Source: Eubacteriales bacterium
GTDB taxonomy: Bacteria; Bacillota; Clostridia; Oscillospirales; CAG-272
Length of the DNA: 64,000 nt
NCBI GenBank assembly: GCA_045532985.1
Contig: JAZSGY010000015.1
Location: 7,743-71,742 of the forward strand
Reading direction: 5' to 3'
In this document: piece after piece, positions 29,227 to 38,012 of the stretch
Layout: every line of letters starts with the position of its first letter
Position numbering within the stretch: the stretch's first letter is position 1
The notes under the pieces: model-generated
Database searches by the model: none
The model's input: only the letters and a program-made list of their open reading frames with translations
Told to the model about the DNA's origin: nothing
Position numbers and translations under genes: made by a program

Positions 29227-29978
29227 TCTCCTACCAATTCGTGTAGCGTTTTTGCGTCCTGCAGGAAATTCTCCGGAAGATCGTCCTTTGCAAATTCCAA
29301 AACGTACGGCCGCGCGCCGATCAGGGCGATGTAAGCCTGCCAATCCCGTAGATTTTCGGAGAGCATTTTCCGCACGGTCCTCTCTCCGTATATCCAGTTG
29401 TAAACGTGAACGTTTTCAATGTGCGAAGCGAGCCTTTTGATATCCTCAAGGTTTCTTTCGTAAGGGTGGATCGGTTGCCAATAGGTTCTGAGGTTTTGCG
29501 CCCCCACCGCATTCAGAAGGCGCAAGGAGCTTTCAGCCGTATCGTTATAGGTGCCGTTATGAAATTCGATCCCGATACGAATACCGTAGCCGCTTGCCAT
29601 TGCGGCATATTCCTTCAGTGCAGAAGCGTCGGTCAAAAAAACATCCTCCGTACAGTCGGCAGACGGCGTTTTCCTTGCCCAGATCCGCACGACGGGCGCA
29701 CCGAGTGCCGCCGCCGTTTCAAGGACCGTTTGAAAATATTCCGCGCCGTGTCCATTCTCACCGAGCGTGAAGTAGCTGCCATAGGACAATACCGAAAGCC
29801 CTGCCGCAGAGGTCTTCTCACGCGTGTTGCTTGCCGTTTCAAGCTCACCCGGCGGGACGTGAATATCGCCGCCCCATTCGATCCCATCAAGCCCCGCTTT
29901 CTTTGCCAGGGCAATAACGTCATCAACGCCAAGCGAACGGAAGGTAACCGATGTAAGTGCAAGCGTATGCTGTTTCAT
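29223..29978 (-). CDS. sugar phosphate isomerase/epimerase-like TIM-barrel protein
   Basis: 251 aa. GLDGIEWGGDIHV, VVRIW and IGIEFHNGT fit the xylose-isomerase-like barrel family. It is the first gene of the operon. Confidence 0.7.
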   Translation of the reverse strand: MKQHTLALTSVTFRSLGVDDVIALAKKAGLDGIEWGGDIHVPPGELETASNTREKTSAAGLSVLSYGSYFTLGENGHGAEYFQTVLETAAALGAPVVRIWARKTPSADCTEDVFLTDASALKEYAAMASGYGIRIGIEFHNGTYNDTAESSLRLLNAVGAQNLRTYWQPIHPYERNLEDIKRLASHIENVHVYNWIYGERTVRKMLSENLRDWQAYIALIGARPYVLEFAKDDLPENFLQDAKTLHELVGE

Positions 29979-30061
29979 ACTTCATTTCCTCCTTGTATCC
30001 CCATTTTATCAAAGATTTTGGAAATATACAATTTCCATTCTCACGAAATACATTTCCAATC

Positions 30062-30090
30062 TTGCATTTTTTGCAGACTTATGGTATAAT
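30062..30090 (+). promoter_or_regulatory. sigma-A promoter of the AraC-family regulator
   Basis: TTGCAT (30062-30067), a 17 nt spacer, then TATAAT (30085-30090). It lies in the divergent region shared with the redox operon. Confidence 0.6.
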
Positions 30091-30115
30091 CAAAATTCAA
30101 GGAAGGAGAGTCATT

Positions 30116-30934
30116 ATGAAACTGTCTGAAAGCATAAACGCATATATTTCGGATACGACCCTTACGGTAGGAAACGTATACGAGAAGCATTGCCATACGG
30201 AATACGAGCTGATCTATCTGTTGAACGGTAGCGTACTGATCAATCTTGAGGGTGAAAAGATCCTGCTGACCGAAAAGGATGCGATCCTGATCTCTCCTTT
30301 GTCCTATCACATCGTAAGCGGCCGCGGCACGGCATACCGCCGTCTGATCATGAGGTTTTCTGTCGAGGACGTTCCCGCCGAGATCCGTCCGCTCTTAGAA
30401 AAGGGAGCAAAGGCCTCCCCTGTCAACCGTGACGCGCAGCTCTCAAAGCTCCTCGCAAGACTTGCGGATGTGCTTGAAAACGGGGACGAAATCTACCGTC
30501 CGCTGGCGTACGCTTGGCTCACCGAATCGCTCTACTTCTTCATTCATCCCGATCACGCGAAACAAAGAAACGAACCAAAAAGCACGGGAATGATCAAGGA
30601 AACGATCGCCTATATCGACGCGCACCTTGACCGTAACGTCACCGTGCGTGAGCTTGCAAGCCTTCTTTACTGCTCGGAATCCACCTTAAACCACGTCTTC
30701 AAAAAGGAAATGAATATCCCGATCAAGCAGTACGTGATCGATAAGAGGATCGCTTATGCAAAGGCAAAACTTGAAAACGGCATCCCACCGCTCGAATGCG
30801 CTACGCTCTGCGGTTATCGAAATTATCCTGCCTTTTATAAGATCTTTGTTAAAAATACGGGACTCTCTCCCTCAGGCTACGCAACAAAATCCCAAAAAGA
30901 CCTTGACAACGTCGCGGATGATGTGATAATATAA
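30116..30934 (+). CDS. AraC-family transcriptional regulator (cupin sensor plus HTH)
   Basis: An N-terminal cupin-like HCHTEYELIYLLNG and a C-terminal AraC HTH (LASLLYCSESTLNHVFKKEM...CGYRNYPAFYKIFVKNTGLSP). The ATG at 30116 follows ggaaggag. Confidence 0.9.
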   Translation: MKLSESINAYISDTTLTVGNVYEKHCHTEYELIYLLNGSVLINLEGEKILLTEKDAILISPLSYHIVSGRGTAYRRLIMRFSVEDVPAEIRPLLEKGAKASPVNRDAQLSKLLARLADVLENGDEIYRPLAYAWLTESLYFFIHPDHAKQRNEPKSTGMIKETIAYIDAHLDRNVTVRELASLLYCSESTLNHVFKKEMNIPIKQYVIDKRIAYAKAKLENGIPPLECATLCGYRNYPAFYKIFVKNTGLSPSGYATKSQKDLDNVADDVII

Positions 30935-30940
30935 TTACGT

Positions 30941-31026
30941 ATAAGGGAGTAATCGGCGCTTTGCGTAACAGGGCCAACACACGGGGATCTCCTCTGGCTT
31001 TGTTTCAAATGATGAGACTTATTCGC
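30941..31026 (+). ncRNA. probable yybP-ykoY (Mn2+) riboswitch aptamer
   Basis: GGGAGTA (30945-30951), GGCTTTGTT (30996-31004) and GAGAC (31014-31018) match my memory of the conserved yybP-ykoY blocks. P1 pairs ataag (30941-30945) with cttat (31018-31022), and the 3' P1 strand overlaps the terminator stem. A P-type ATPase lies downstream. Confidence 0.6.
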
Positions 31027-31049
31027 TAAACGGCGAATAAGTCTTTTTT
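31015..31049 (+). terminator. intrinsic terminator (riboswitch expression platform; also ends the AraC gene)
   Basis: A perfect 12 bp stem agacttattcgc (31015-31026) / gcgaataagtct (31033-31044), loop taaacg, then a T-run to 31049. Confidence 0.85.
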
Positions 31050-31080
31050 GATGACTCCCCCATCTTCAAAGGAGAATGCT

Positions 31081-33729
31081 ATGAAAGAGTATCTCAAAAG
31101 CACCGACGAGGTATTGCGGGAATACAACGCAACGCCCGAAGGTCTCAACCCCGAGGAGGCGGAGGCACGCCTCGCCGCAAACGGAAAGAACAAGCTGAAG
31201 GAGGGAAAAAGCGAATCACTTCTACACCGCTTTTTTAAGCAGCTGATCGAACCGATGACGATCATCCTGATCGTTGCCGCTATTATTTCCGGGATTCTTG
31301 CAATCAGGGAAAGTGAATTTCCGTCCGACGTAATCATTATTATGGCGGTCGTTGTGATCAACGCCGTGCTCGGCGTCGTACAGGAGAGCAAGGCGGAAAA
31401 AGCGATCGCCGCCCTGCAGAAGATCGCAGGCGCGACCTCGAAGGTCATTCGTGGCGGTGCGCAGATCACCGTCCCCAGTGAGGATCTGGTTGTCGGCGAT
31501 ATCATTGTGCTCGAGGCGGGCGACGCAGTTCCGGCTGATGCACGCATCATTGAATGTGCCTCGATGAAGGTTGAGGAGGCTGCCCTGACGGGTGAATCCG
31601 TCCCTGTCAACAAGACCGCGGAGACCCTGGAAGCAGATGCAGGTAAGGACGTCCCGCTCGGTGACCGCAAGAATATGGTCTTTATGGGCAGTACCGTCGT
31701 ATACGGCCGCGGCCGTGCCGTCGTCGTAGCGACGGGTATGGACGCTGAGATGGGTAAGATCGCCGACGCGCTTACGATGGCTGAGGAGGGAAAAACGCCT
31801 CTGCAGCGCAAGCTCGGACAGCTCAGCAAGGTGCTGACCTTCCTCGTGATCGGCATCTGCGTCGTGATCTTCGGTATCAATATGATCCGTGCCCTCATTG
31901 ACCCCGTAGCCTCTATCAACACGGTATTTCTGCTTGACACCTTTATGATCGCCGTTTCACTGGCGGTTGCCGCAATTCCCGAGGGACTTGCGACCGTCGT
32001 GACCATCGTTCTTTCGATCGGCGTTACCAATATGTCGAAGCGCAACGCGATCATCCGCAAAATGACCGCCGTTGAAACGCTCGGCTGTACGCAGATCATA
32101 TGCTCGGATAAGACCGGAACGCTGACGCAGAACAAAATGACCGTCGTTGAGCATTTTGCGAAGGACGAAAACCTGCTTGCCACCGCAATGTCTCTTTGCT
32201 CCGACGCACAGATCGACGGCGACACGAAGCAAGCGATCGGCGAGCCGACCGAATGCGCGCTTGTCAACTACGCTTTTGCTTTAGGGCTTGACAAACGCGA
32301 TCAGTCCCGCGAATACGTACGTATCGGCGAGGTTCCCTTCGATTCGGGCCGTAAAATGATGACGACCGTCCATAAAACCGCAGACGGACGTATTCTGCAG
32401 TTCACGAAGGGTGCGCCCGACGAGATCTTAAAGCGCTGCACCACGATCCTCGTAGACGGCAACGTCCTGCCGCTTGACGACAAAAAGCGTGGGGAGATCC
32501 TTGACGCCAACAAGAATATGGCAGACCGCGCTCTGCGCGTGCTTGCCGCATCGCAAAAGCCGCTTGACGCAGCTCCCTCGGAATACACGGTAGACCTTGA
32601 AAACGAGCTTTGCTTCGTCGGGCTCGTCGGTATGATCGACCCCGTCCGTCCCGAGGTAAAGCCCGCGATCGACGAGTGCCGCAGTGCCGGGATCCGTCCG
32701 ATCATGATCACAGGCGACCACAAGGATACCGCAGTCGCGATCGCGATCCAGCTCGGCATCATTCAGAATGCTGACGAAGCGATCACGGGTGCTGAGCTTG
32801 ACGAGATCTCCGATGAGGAATTTGAAAACACCGTCGAGAAGTATTCGGTCTATGCAAGAGTTCAGCCCGAGCATAAAACGCGCATCGTCAACGCATGGCG
32901 CAAAAAGGGAATGATCACGGCAATGACGGGCGACGGTGTCAACGACGCCCCCGCGATCAAAAACGCCGACATCGGCGTCGGTATGGGTATCACGGGCACC
33001 GACGTTACCAAAAACGTTGCCGATATGATCCTGACCGACGACAATTTCGCGACCATCGTCGCGGCGGCAGGTGAAGGTCGCCGTATCTACGATAACATCC
33101 GCAAATCCATTCAGTTTTTGCTTGCGTCGAACCTATCCGAGGTTTTGTCGATCTTTATCGCAACGCTGCTCGGCTTCACGATCTTCCAGCCCGTGCATCT
33201 TCTGTGGATCAACCTGATCACCGACTGCTTCCCTGCATTGGCGCTCGGTATGGAAAAGGCGGAAAAGGACGTTATGAAGCGTCCTCCGAGAGATTCGAAG
33301 GAAGGCATTTTCGCAGGCGGTCTCGGCTTCGCCGTTGTTTATCAAGGGCTTCTCGTCTCCCTCATCACGCTTGCCTCTTATCTGATCGGCCGCTACGTGC
33401 TTGCCGACGACTTTGCAAGTCTTGGTAGCTCGATGGCATTTCTGACGCTCTCGATGGCTGAGATCTTCCATTCCTTCAATATGCGCTCCCTGCACGGCTC
33501 GATCTTTACAATGAAGAAGCAGAACCTCTGGCTATGGGGCGCGGGACTTCTCTCCTTCCTGATGACGACTCTGGTCGTTGAGATCACTCCGCTCGCAAAC
33601 ATCTTTTCTCTCACGCACCTCGGCTTTACGGAATACGGCATCGCATTTGCGCTCGCCGTTTCGATCATCCCGATCGTTGAGTTTACGAAGCTGATCTACC
33701 GTCTCATTCACAAAACCAAAAAAGCATAA
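31081..33729 (+). CDS. P-type (P2A/PMCA-SERCA-like) cation-transporting ATPase, likely Ca2+/Mn2+ exporter
   Basis: The phosphorylation motif CSDKTGTLTQN plus TGES, MITGDH and TGDGVNDAPA, with 10 predicted TM segments. The ATG at 31081 follows aaggag. Confidence 0.9.
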   Translation: MKEYLKSTDEVLREYNATPEGLNPEEAEARLAANGKNKLKEGKSESLLHRFFKQLIEPMTIILIVAAIISGILAIRESEFPSDVIIIMAVVVINAVLGVVQESKAEKAIAALQKIAGATSKVIRGGAQITVPSEDLVVGDIIVLEAGDAVPADARIIECASMKVEEAALTGESVPVNKTAETLEADAGKDVPLGDRKNMVFMGSTVVYGRGRAVVVATGMDAEMGKIADALTMAEEGKTPLQRKLGQLSKVLTFLVIGICVVIFGINMIRALIDPVASINTVFLLDTFMIAVSLAVAAIPEGLATVVTIVLSIGVTNMSKRNAIIRKMTAVETLGCTQIICSDKTGTLTQNKMTVVEHFAKDENLLATAMSLCSDAQIDGDTKQAIGEPTECALVNYAFALGLDKRDQSREYVRIGEVPFDSGRKMMTTVHKTADGRILQFTKGAPDEILKRCTTILVDGNVLPLDDKKRGEILDANKNMADRALRVLAASQKPLDAAPSEYTVDLENELCFVGLVGMIDPVRPEVKPAIDECRSAGIRPIMITGDHKDTAVAIAIQLGIIQNADEAITGAELDEISDEEFENTVEKYSVYARVQPEHKTRIVNAWRKKGMITAMTGDGVNDAPAIKNADIGVGMGITGTDVTKNVADMILTDDNFATIVAAAGEGRRIYDNIRKSIQFLLASNLSEVLSIFIATLLGFTIFQPVHLLWINLITDCFPALALGMEKAEKDVMKRPPRDSKEGIFAGGLGFAVVYQGLLVSLITLASYLIGRYVLADDFASLGSSMAFLTLSMAEIFHSFNMRSLHGSIFTMKKQNLWLWGAGLLSFLMTTLVVEITPLANIFSLTHLGFTEYGIAFALAVSIIPIVEFTKLIYRLIHKTKKA

Positions 33730-33736
33730 CGAAAAA

Positions 33737-33766
33737 GGCACAGGAAATATCCTGTGCCCTTTTTTA
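33737..33766. terminator. bidirectional terminator between the ATPase and manC-like genes
   Basis: Stem ggcacagga / tcctgtgcc with loop aata, A-rich on the 5' side and T-rich on the 3' side. Confidence 0.8.
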
Positions 33767-34807
33767 CAAAAGATGCGAATAGCCGTCTTGTCGCAAGCCT
33801 TCAGTCAGCTTTCCGATCTGCTGTGCCCGATTTTTCGTCGTTACCAGCACGGCGTCGGGCGTGTCGATCACAATAAGCCCCTCGACCCCAAAGGCAACGA
33901 GCGTTCTTTTTTGCGTCAGAAGAATATTGTTGCGGCTTGAATAGACGGCACAGTCTCCGATCCTTACGTTCCCTGCGGCGTCAGCCTTATGAAATACGCC
34001 GAGCATATCAAGGCTTCCGACGTCATTCCAGGAAAAATCCGCAGGAATCATTTGAATGCGGTCACTTTTTTCAAGCACCGCGTAATCGATCGAGGTGGCA
34101 GGGAGTGCGCCGTAAAGCGCAAAAAGCTCCGCATCCGACGTATTCTTCATCCCCATAAGTCCCGTGTAAAGACTCGGCAGATGACGCCTGATCTCCGATA
34201 GCAGTACGGACGCCCGTGCGACGAGGATGCCGCTATTCCAGAAATAGCGCCCTTCCTTCAAATAAGTCTCTGCGATCTTTTCCGTCGGCTTCTCACAAAA
34301 GGAACGCACGCGAAATGCCACGCCATCGCGCTCCCCCGCTTCGATATATCCGTATCCCGTTGCGGGAAAGCTCGGCGGAATGCCGATCACCGTCAATCGA
34401 TCCCCGCAGTCGTCGATCGCGCGTCTCAGCGTTTTTTGGAAGCCCTCGGTCGGATGAATATATGCATCCGACGGCAGGAGCAGTAAAACACAGTCCCCCG
34501 ACTCGACGAATCGACGCATCGCGAAATAACCGATCGCCGCCGCTGTTCCACGTGCTGACGGCTCCGCCACGATCTGCGTCTTTTCAAGAATTTCCGAAAG
34601 TGCTGCTTGCGTTTGTATCTTTAGCCCCCGCGCAGTCAAGACGTATAAATTTTCTTTTGGAACGACCCCGAAAAGACGCGCCACGGTTTCCCGCAGCAAA
34701 AGATCGTTCCCCGACAAATTCAAAAATTGCTTGGGTCTGTCTTTTCTCGACAAGGGCCAGAAGCGCGTGCCGCCGCCACCTGCAAGAATGCCACCGAATA
34801 CGTCCAT
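33764..34807 (-). CDS. mannose-1-phosphate guanylyltransferase-like nucleotidyltransferase
   Basis: The N-terminal motif GGILAGGGGTRFWPLSR. The length and order fit ManC/CpsB-type NTP transferases without the isomerase domain. The ATG at 34807 follows aaggag. Confidence 0.8.
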   Translation of the reverse strand: MDVFGGILAGGGGTRFWPLSRKDRPKQFLNLSGNDLLLRETVARLFGVVPKENLYVLTARGLKIQTQAALSEILEKTQIVAEPSARGTAAAIGYFAMRRFVESGDCVLLLLPSDAYIHPTEGFQKTLRRAIDDCGDRLTVIGIPPSFPATGYGYIEAGERDGVAFRVRSFCEKPTEKIAETYLKEGRYFWNSGILVARASVLLSEIRRHLPSLYTGLMGMKNTSDAELFALYGALPATSIDYAVLEKSDRIQMIPADFSWNDVGSLDMLGVFHKADAAGNVRIGDCAVYSSRNNILLTQKRTLVAFGVEGLIVIDTPDAVLVTTKNRAQQIGKLTEGLRQDGYSHLL

Positions 34808-34857
34808 CTCATTCTCCTTTTGGGATTTTGAGTTAGTTTGTATCGGTGGCATTCAAT

Positions 34858-36069
34858 TTATCCGTTCGTTTCCATTCTCGAAAAATATCCGATATACGGA
34901 ACGGCGGGCGCATCGGGATAATAGTGCTGATACAGATCCACGAAATAATCGTCGGTCATGCTTGCGATAAAATCAATGGCGATCTGTCGGGGATCGCTTT
35001 CCTCATACGGCATCGCCGTAGGATAGGTGCTTGCGGCAACCAGCTCTACATGATGACGGTAAACGGGCGAATCCTTGCGTTTTTCTCTCAGGTCCTCAAG
35101 AATACGCGCGTAAAGCTTTTCAAACATAGGATAAACCCACATTTTCATCTTCTGGTCGATCTCCTCGTGGCGGTATATGTACTCGTAATTCAGCCGTTTC
35201 GCTTCTGCCAACGCATCAAAATGCTCACTGCTGAGTGCGATATACGGCCGCCCATAGCTGTTTTCAATGATGCTGACGGTCAGATTGTTGATCATCTCGG
35301 CATTGATACTGCCGATCGCCCCCGCACCGTACACCTCGTCACTTTCAAGCAAATGTGCGCGGCGCGCGTCCTGTCGATCCTTCCCGAGATATGCAATCAG
35401 GTCGGAGATCCGCACCACGCACCCCTCAAGCGTTGAAGGAAGAATGCGACGGTTTTCCTCCGCATCCATCAGACAACGGTCAACTGCGGCGTCAAGCGCA
35501 TCGAAGTCCTTCATCGGCTGTGGCTCGTAGATCGGAAGCTCGGTCTCACCGTTATGCGCAAGAATTCCGTTAAGAGTCTGTAGCGTGAGGTTGTGTGAAA
35601 AAATACGGTCAAGCACGCGCACGCTGTGTACGTTGTGGCAAAAGTAAACGCCAAGCTCCCCCTTTGAGATCTCGGAGAGATATTTCTCCCCCGCATGACC
35701 GAAGGGTGTATGACCGATATCGTGTCCCAGCGCGATCGCCTCGATCAGGTCGAGGTTAAGGTGCAAAACGCCACCGATCGTGCGCGCGATCCGCGATACC
35801 AGCTGAACGTGTAGAGCGCGGCGCGTGATATCATCGTGTCGGTAGAAGGAAAAGACCTGGGTTTTATCCGAATAGCGGTTATAAAAGGGACTGTGCAGGA
35901 TCTTATCCACGTCACGAACGAAGGTAGGACGCCAGATTGAGGCGCGGTCGCGCGAGGGATCACGACGGATCGCATCCTCGTCACGAAATGCAAGCGCCTG
36001 ATAGGAATGCGCGCGATTCTCCTCCTCCATTCGACGAACCAATTCAATTGACAGTTTATCGTATTTCAT
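34858..36069 (-). CDS. dGTPase-family HD-domain triphosphohydrolase-like protein
   Basis: FRRDRDRILHS-type N-terminus (FVRDVDKILHSPFYNRYSDKTQV), the HD motif LGHDIGHTPFGH, and a C-terminal DFIASMTDDY. Confidence 0.85.
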   Translation of the reverse strand: MKYDKLSIELVRRMEEENRAHSYQALAFRDEDAIRRDPSRDRASIWRPTFVRDVDKILHSPFYNRYSDKTQVFSFYRHDDITRRALHVQLVSRIARTIGGVLHLNLDLIEAIALGHDIGHTPFGHAGEKYLSEISKGELGVYFCHNVHSVRVLDRIFSHNLTLQTLNGILAHNGETELPIYEPQPMKDFDALDAAVDRCLMDAEENRRILPSTLEGCVVRISDLIAYLGKDRQDARRAHLLESDEVYGAGAIGSINAEMINNLTVSIIENSYGRPYIALSSEHFDALAEAKRLNYEYIYRHEEIDQKMKMWVYPMFEKLYARILEDLREKRKDSPVYRHHVELVAASTYPTAMPYEESDPRQIAIDFIASMTDDYFVDLYQHYYPDAPAVPYIGYFSRMETNG

Positions 36070-36084
36070 TCGTCATCCTTTGAA

Positions 36085-36133
36085 AAAGGCGTCGCATCAC
36101 TACCGTTTGGGTAGCCGAGCGACGCCGTTTTTA
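36085..36133 (-). terminator. terminator of fba
   Basis: GC stem ggcgtcgc / gcgacgcc enclosing a smaller hairpin. On the minus strand it is followed by ttttt. Confidence 0.6.
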
Positions 36134-36139
36134 TAAAGC

Positions 36140-37003
36140 TTACGCCTTGCCGATCGAGCCGAAGAGCTCCATCTTTTCCTTGACGGTAGCCTTGATCGCT
36201 TCCACACCGGGAGCGAGCAGCTTTCTCGGGTCAAAGCCCTTGCCCTCAAGGTCCTTGCCTGCCTCAACGTACTTGCGCGTTGCTGCGGCAAACGCCAGCT
36301 GGCACTCGGTATTCACGTTGATCTTAGCAACGCCGAGCGAGATCGCCTTCCGGATCATCTCAGCGGGGATACCCGTACCGCCGTGCAGAACGAGGGGCAT
36401 CACGCCGGTCTTCTGCTGGATCTTATCAAGCGTATCAAAGGAAAGACCTGCCCAGTTTGCGGGATACTTACCGTGGATATTACCGATACCTGCCGCAAGC
36501 ATCGTAACACCGAGATCGGCGATCATCTTGCACTCGTCGGGATCTGCGCATTCGCCCATACCGACAACGCCATCCTCTTCACCGCCGATAGAGCCAACCT
36601 CTGCCTCGAGAGAAAGCCCCTTCTCAGCACAAACGTTTACAAGCTCCTTGGTCTTCTCTACGTTCTCCTCAATCGGATAGTGCGAGCCGTCGAACATAAC
36701 CGACGAGAAGCCTGCCTCGATGCACTTGTAGCAAGCCTCGTAGGAGCCGTGGTCAAGATGCAGTGCAACGGGAACCGTGATCTTCAGCTCGTCGATCATC
36801 GCGGAAACCATATTTGCAACCGTCTTGAAGCCGCACATATACTTACCTGCGCCCTCGGATACACCGAGAATGACGGGAGAGTTCAGCTCCTGCGCGGTTT
36901 GCAGGATCGCCTTCGTCCATTCCAGATTGTTGATGTTGAACTGACCGACAGCATATTTGCCGGCCTTTGCTTTTTCAAGCATTTCCTTAGCAGATACTAA
37001 CAT
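36140..37003 (-). CDS. fba: class II fructose-1,6-bisphosphate aldolase
   Basis: MLVSAKEMLEKAKAGKYAVGQFNINNLEW, then LHLDHG and LVLHGGTGIP. The start at ATG 37003 (aaggagaataaaatg) replaces a 93 aa Arg-rich extension in the track ORF. Confidence 0.93.
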   Translation of the reverse strand: MLVSAKEMLEKAKAGKYAVGQFNINNLEWTKAILQTAQELNSPVILGVSEGAGKYMCGFKTVANMVSAMIDELKITVPVALHLDHGSYEACYKCIEAGFSSVMFDGSHYPIEENVEKTKELVNVCAEKGLSLEAEVGSIGGEEDGVVGMGECADPDECKMIADLGVTMLAAGIGNIHGKYPANWAGLSFDTLDKIQQKTGVMPLVLHGGTGIPAEMIRKAISLGVAKINVNTECQLAFAAATRKYVEAGKDLEGKGFDPRKLLAPGVEAIKATVKEKMELFGSIGKA

Positions 37004-37089
37004 TTTATTCTCCTTAAAACTTATTTCAAATTGAATTACGCTATTATTATACAACGAATTTTTCAAAAAGGAAAGACCTTTTGCAATTT

Positions 37090-38007
37090 TTATTTCAAAA
37101 ATCCGTTGACGATCGCTTCCTCTGCCTCTTTTTCGGTAAGTCCCAGGGTCATCAGCTTGATCAACTGCTCCCCTGCGATCTTTCCGATCGCCGCCTCGTG
37201 AATCAGTGAGGCGTCTACGTGATTGGCGAGGATCTCGGGAACCGCGATCACGGATGCGTGATCCATGATGATCGCGTCGCATTCGGTATGACCGCTGCAG
37301 CGGTTGTTCCCGCGGATGTTGGACAGGAATTTCTGCCTTGAATGATCTCTTGCGACGGATCTTGAAACCACGTGCGTGCCCGAGTTTTCACCGTCAAGAT
37401 CGATCTCAAACTCGGTTTCAGCAAACTGCTCGCCGTGCGTCATAAGCTTTTCGTGGACGATGAGCGTTGCATTCCTTTGAAGACGTGCGGTCGTCTTTCT
37501 GCGGGTGGAATCCACCCCCTTGATCTGTGCGGTCTGCATTTCCATATAACCGCCCTCGTCGATCTCAACGACGGTTTGGGGATTCATAATGTTTTTGCCG
37601 TTGCCGTCTCCCTCGCCGTAATGCTTTTCGATATACTTTACGCGGGCGTTCTTACCGACGAAGAAGCTGTGAATGCCGCTATGCTCCGCATCCCCGTCAC
37701 CGCCGTTGTGAATACCGCATCCCGCAACGATGGTCACGTCCGCCCCCTCACCGATGTGAAAGTCGTTATATACCAGCTCTTTCAAGCCGGTTTTGGAAAG
37801 CAGCACGGGAATGTGTACGCTTTCGTTTTTCGTACCCGGCTTGATAATAATATTAATTCCCGGCTTGTCGTCCTTTTTGACGATCTCAATATTCTCTGAG
37901 GATTGCTTGCCGTAAAGTGCGCCGTCAATGCGTAAGGAATACGCCCCCTCCGGAACCTCGTGCAGATCGGCGACCTGCTCAAGAAGTGCGAGTTGTATCT
38001 TATCCAT
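37090..38007 (-). CDS. SufB/SufD-family Fe-S cluster assembly protein
   Basis: 305 aa. The C-terminus ASLIHEAAIGKIAGEQLIKLMTLGLTEKEAEEAIVNGFL is the characteristic SufB/D end. Confidence 0.8.
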   Translation of the reverse strand: MDKIQLALLEQVADLHEVPEGAYSLRIDGALYGKQSSENIEIVKKDDKPGINIIIKPGTKNESVHIPVLLSKTGLKELVYNDFHIGEGADVTIVAGCGIHNGGDGDAEHSGIHSFFVGKNARVKYIEKHYGEGDGNGKNIMNPQTVVEIDEGGYMEMQTAQIKGVDSTRRKTTARLQRNATLIVHEKLMTHGEQFAETEFEIDLDGENSGTHVVSRSVARDHSRQKFLSNIRGNNRCSGHTECDAIIMDHASVIAVPEILANHVDASLIHEAAIGKIAGEQLIKLMTLGLTEKEAEEAIVNGFLK

Positions 38008-38012
38008 TCAGC

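Noticed and set aside
31026-32267. A 413 aa minus-strand ORF opposite the P-type ATPase.
   Set aside because: It is a shadow ORF with a Ser/Ala/Ile-rich translation and no motifs. The plus-strand ATPase has all the P-type signatures.
37004-37282. A 93 aa Arg-rich N-terminal extension of the fba ORF. Similar extensions occur on hemW (53290-53508), the TSCPD gene (57141-57476) and the OYE gene (29227-29343).
   Set aside because: The extensions overlap upstream genes and are compositionally aberrant. In each case an internal start with an RBS or a stop/start coupling yields the canonical protein N-terminus.
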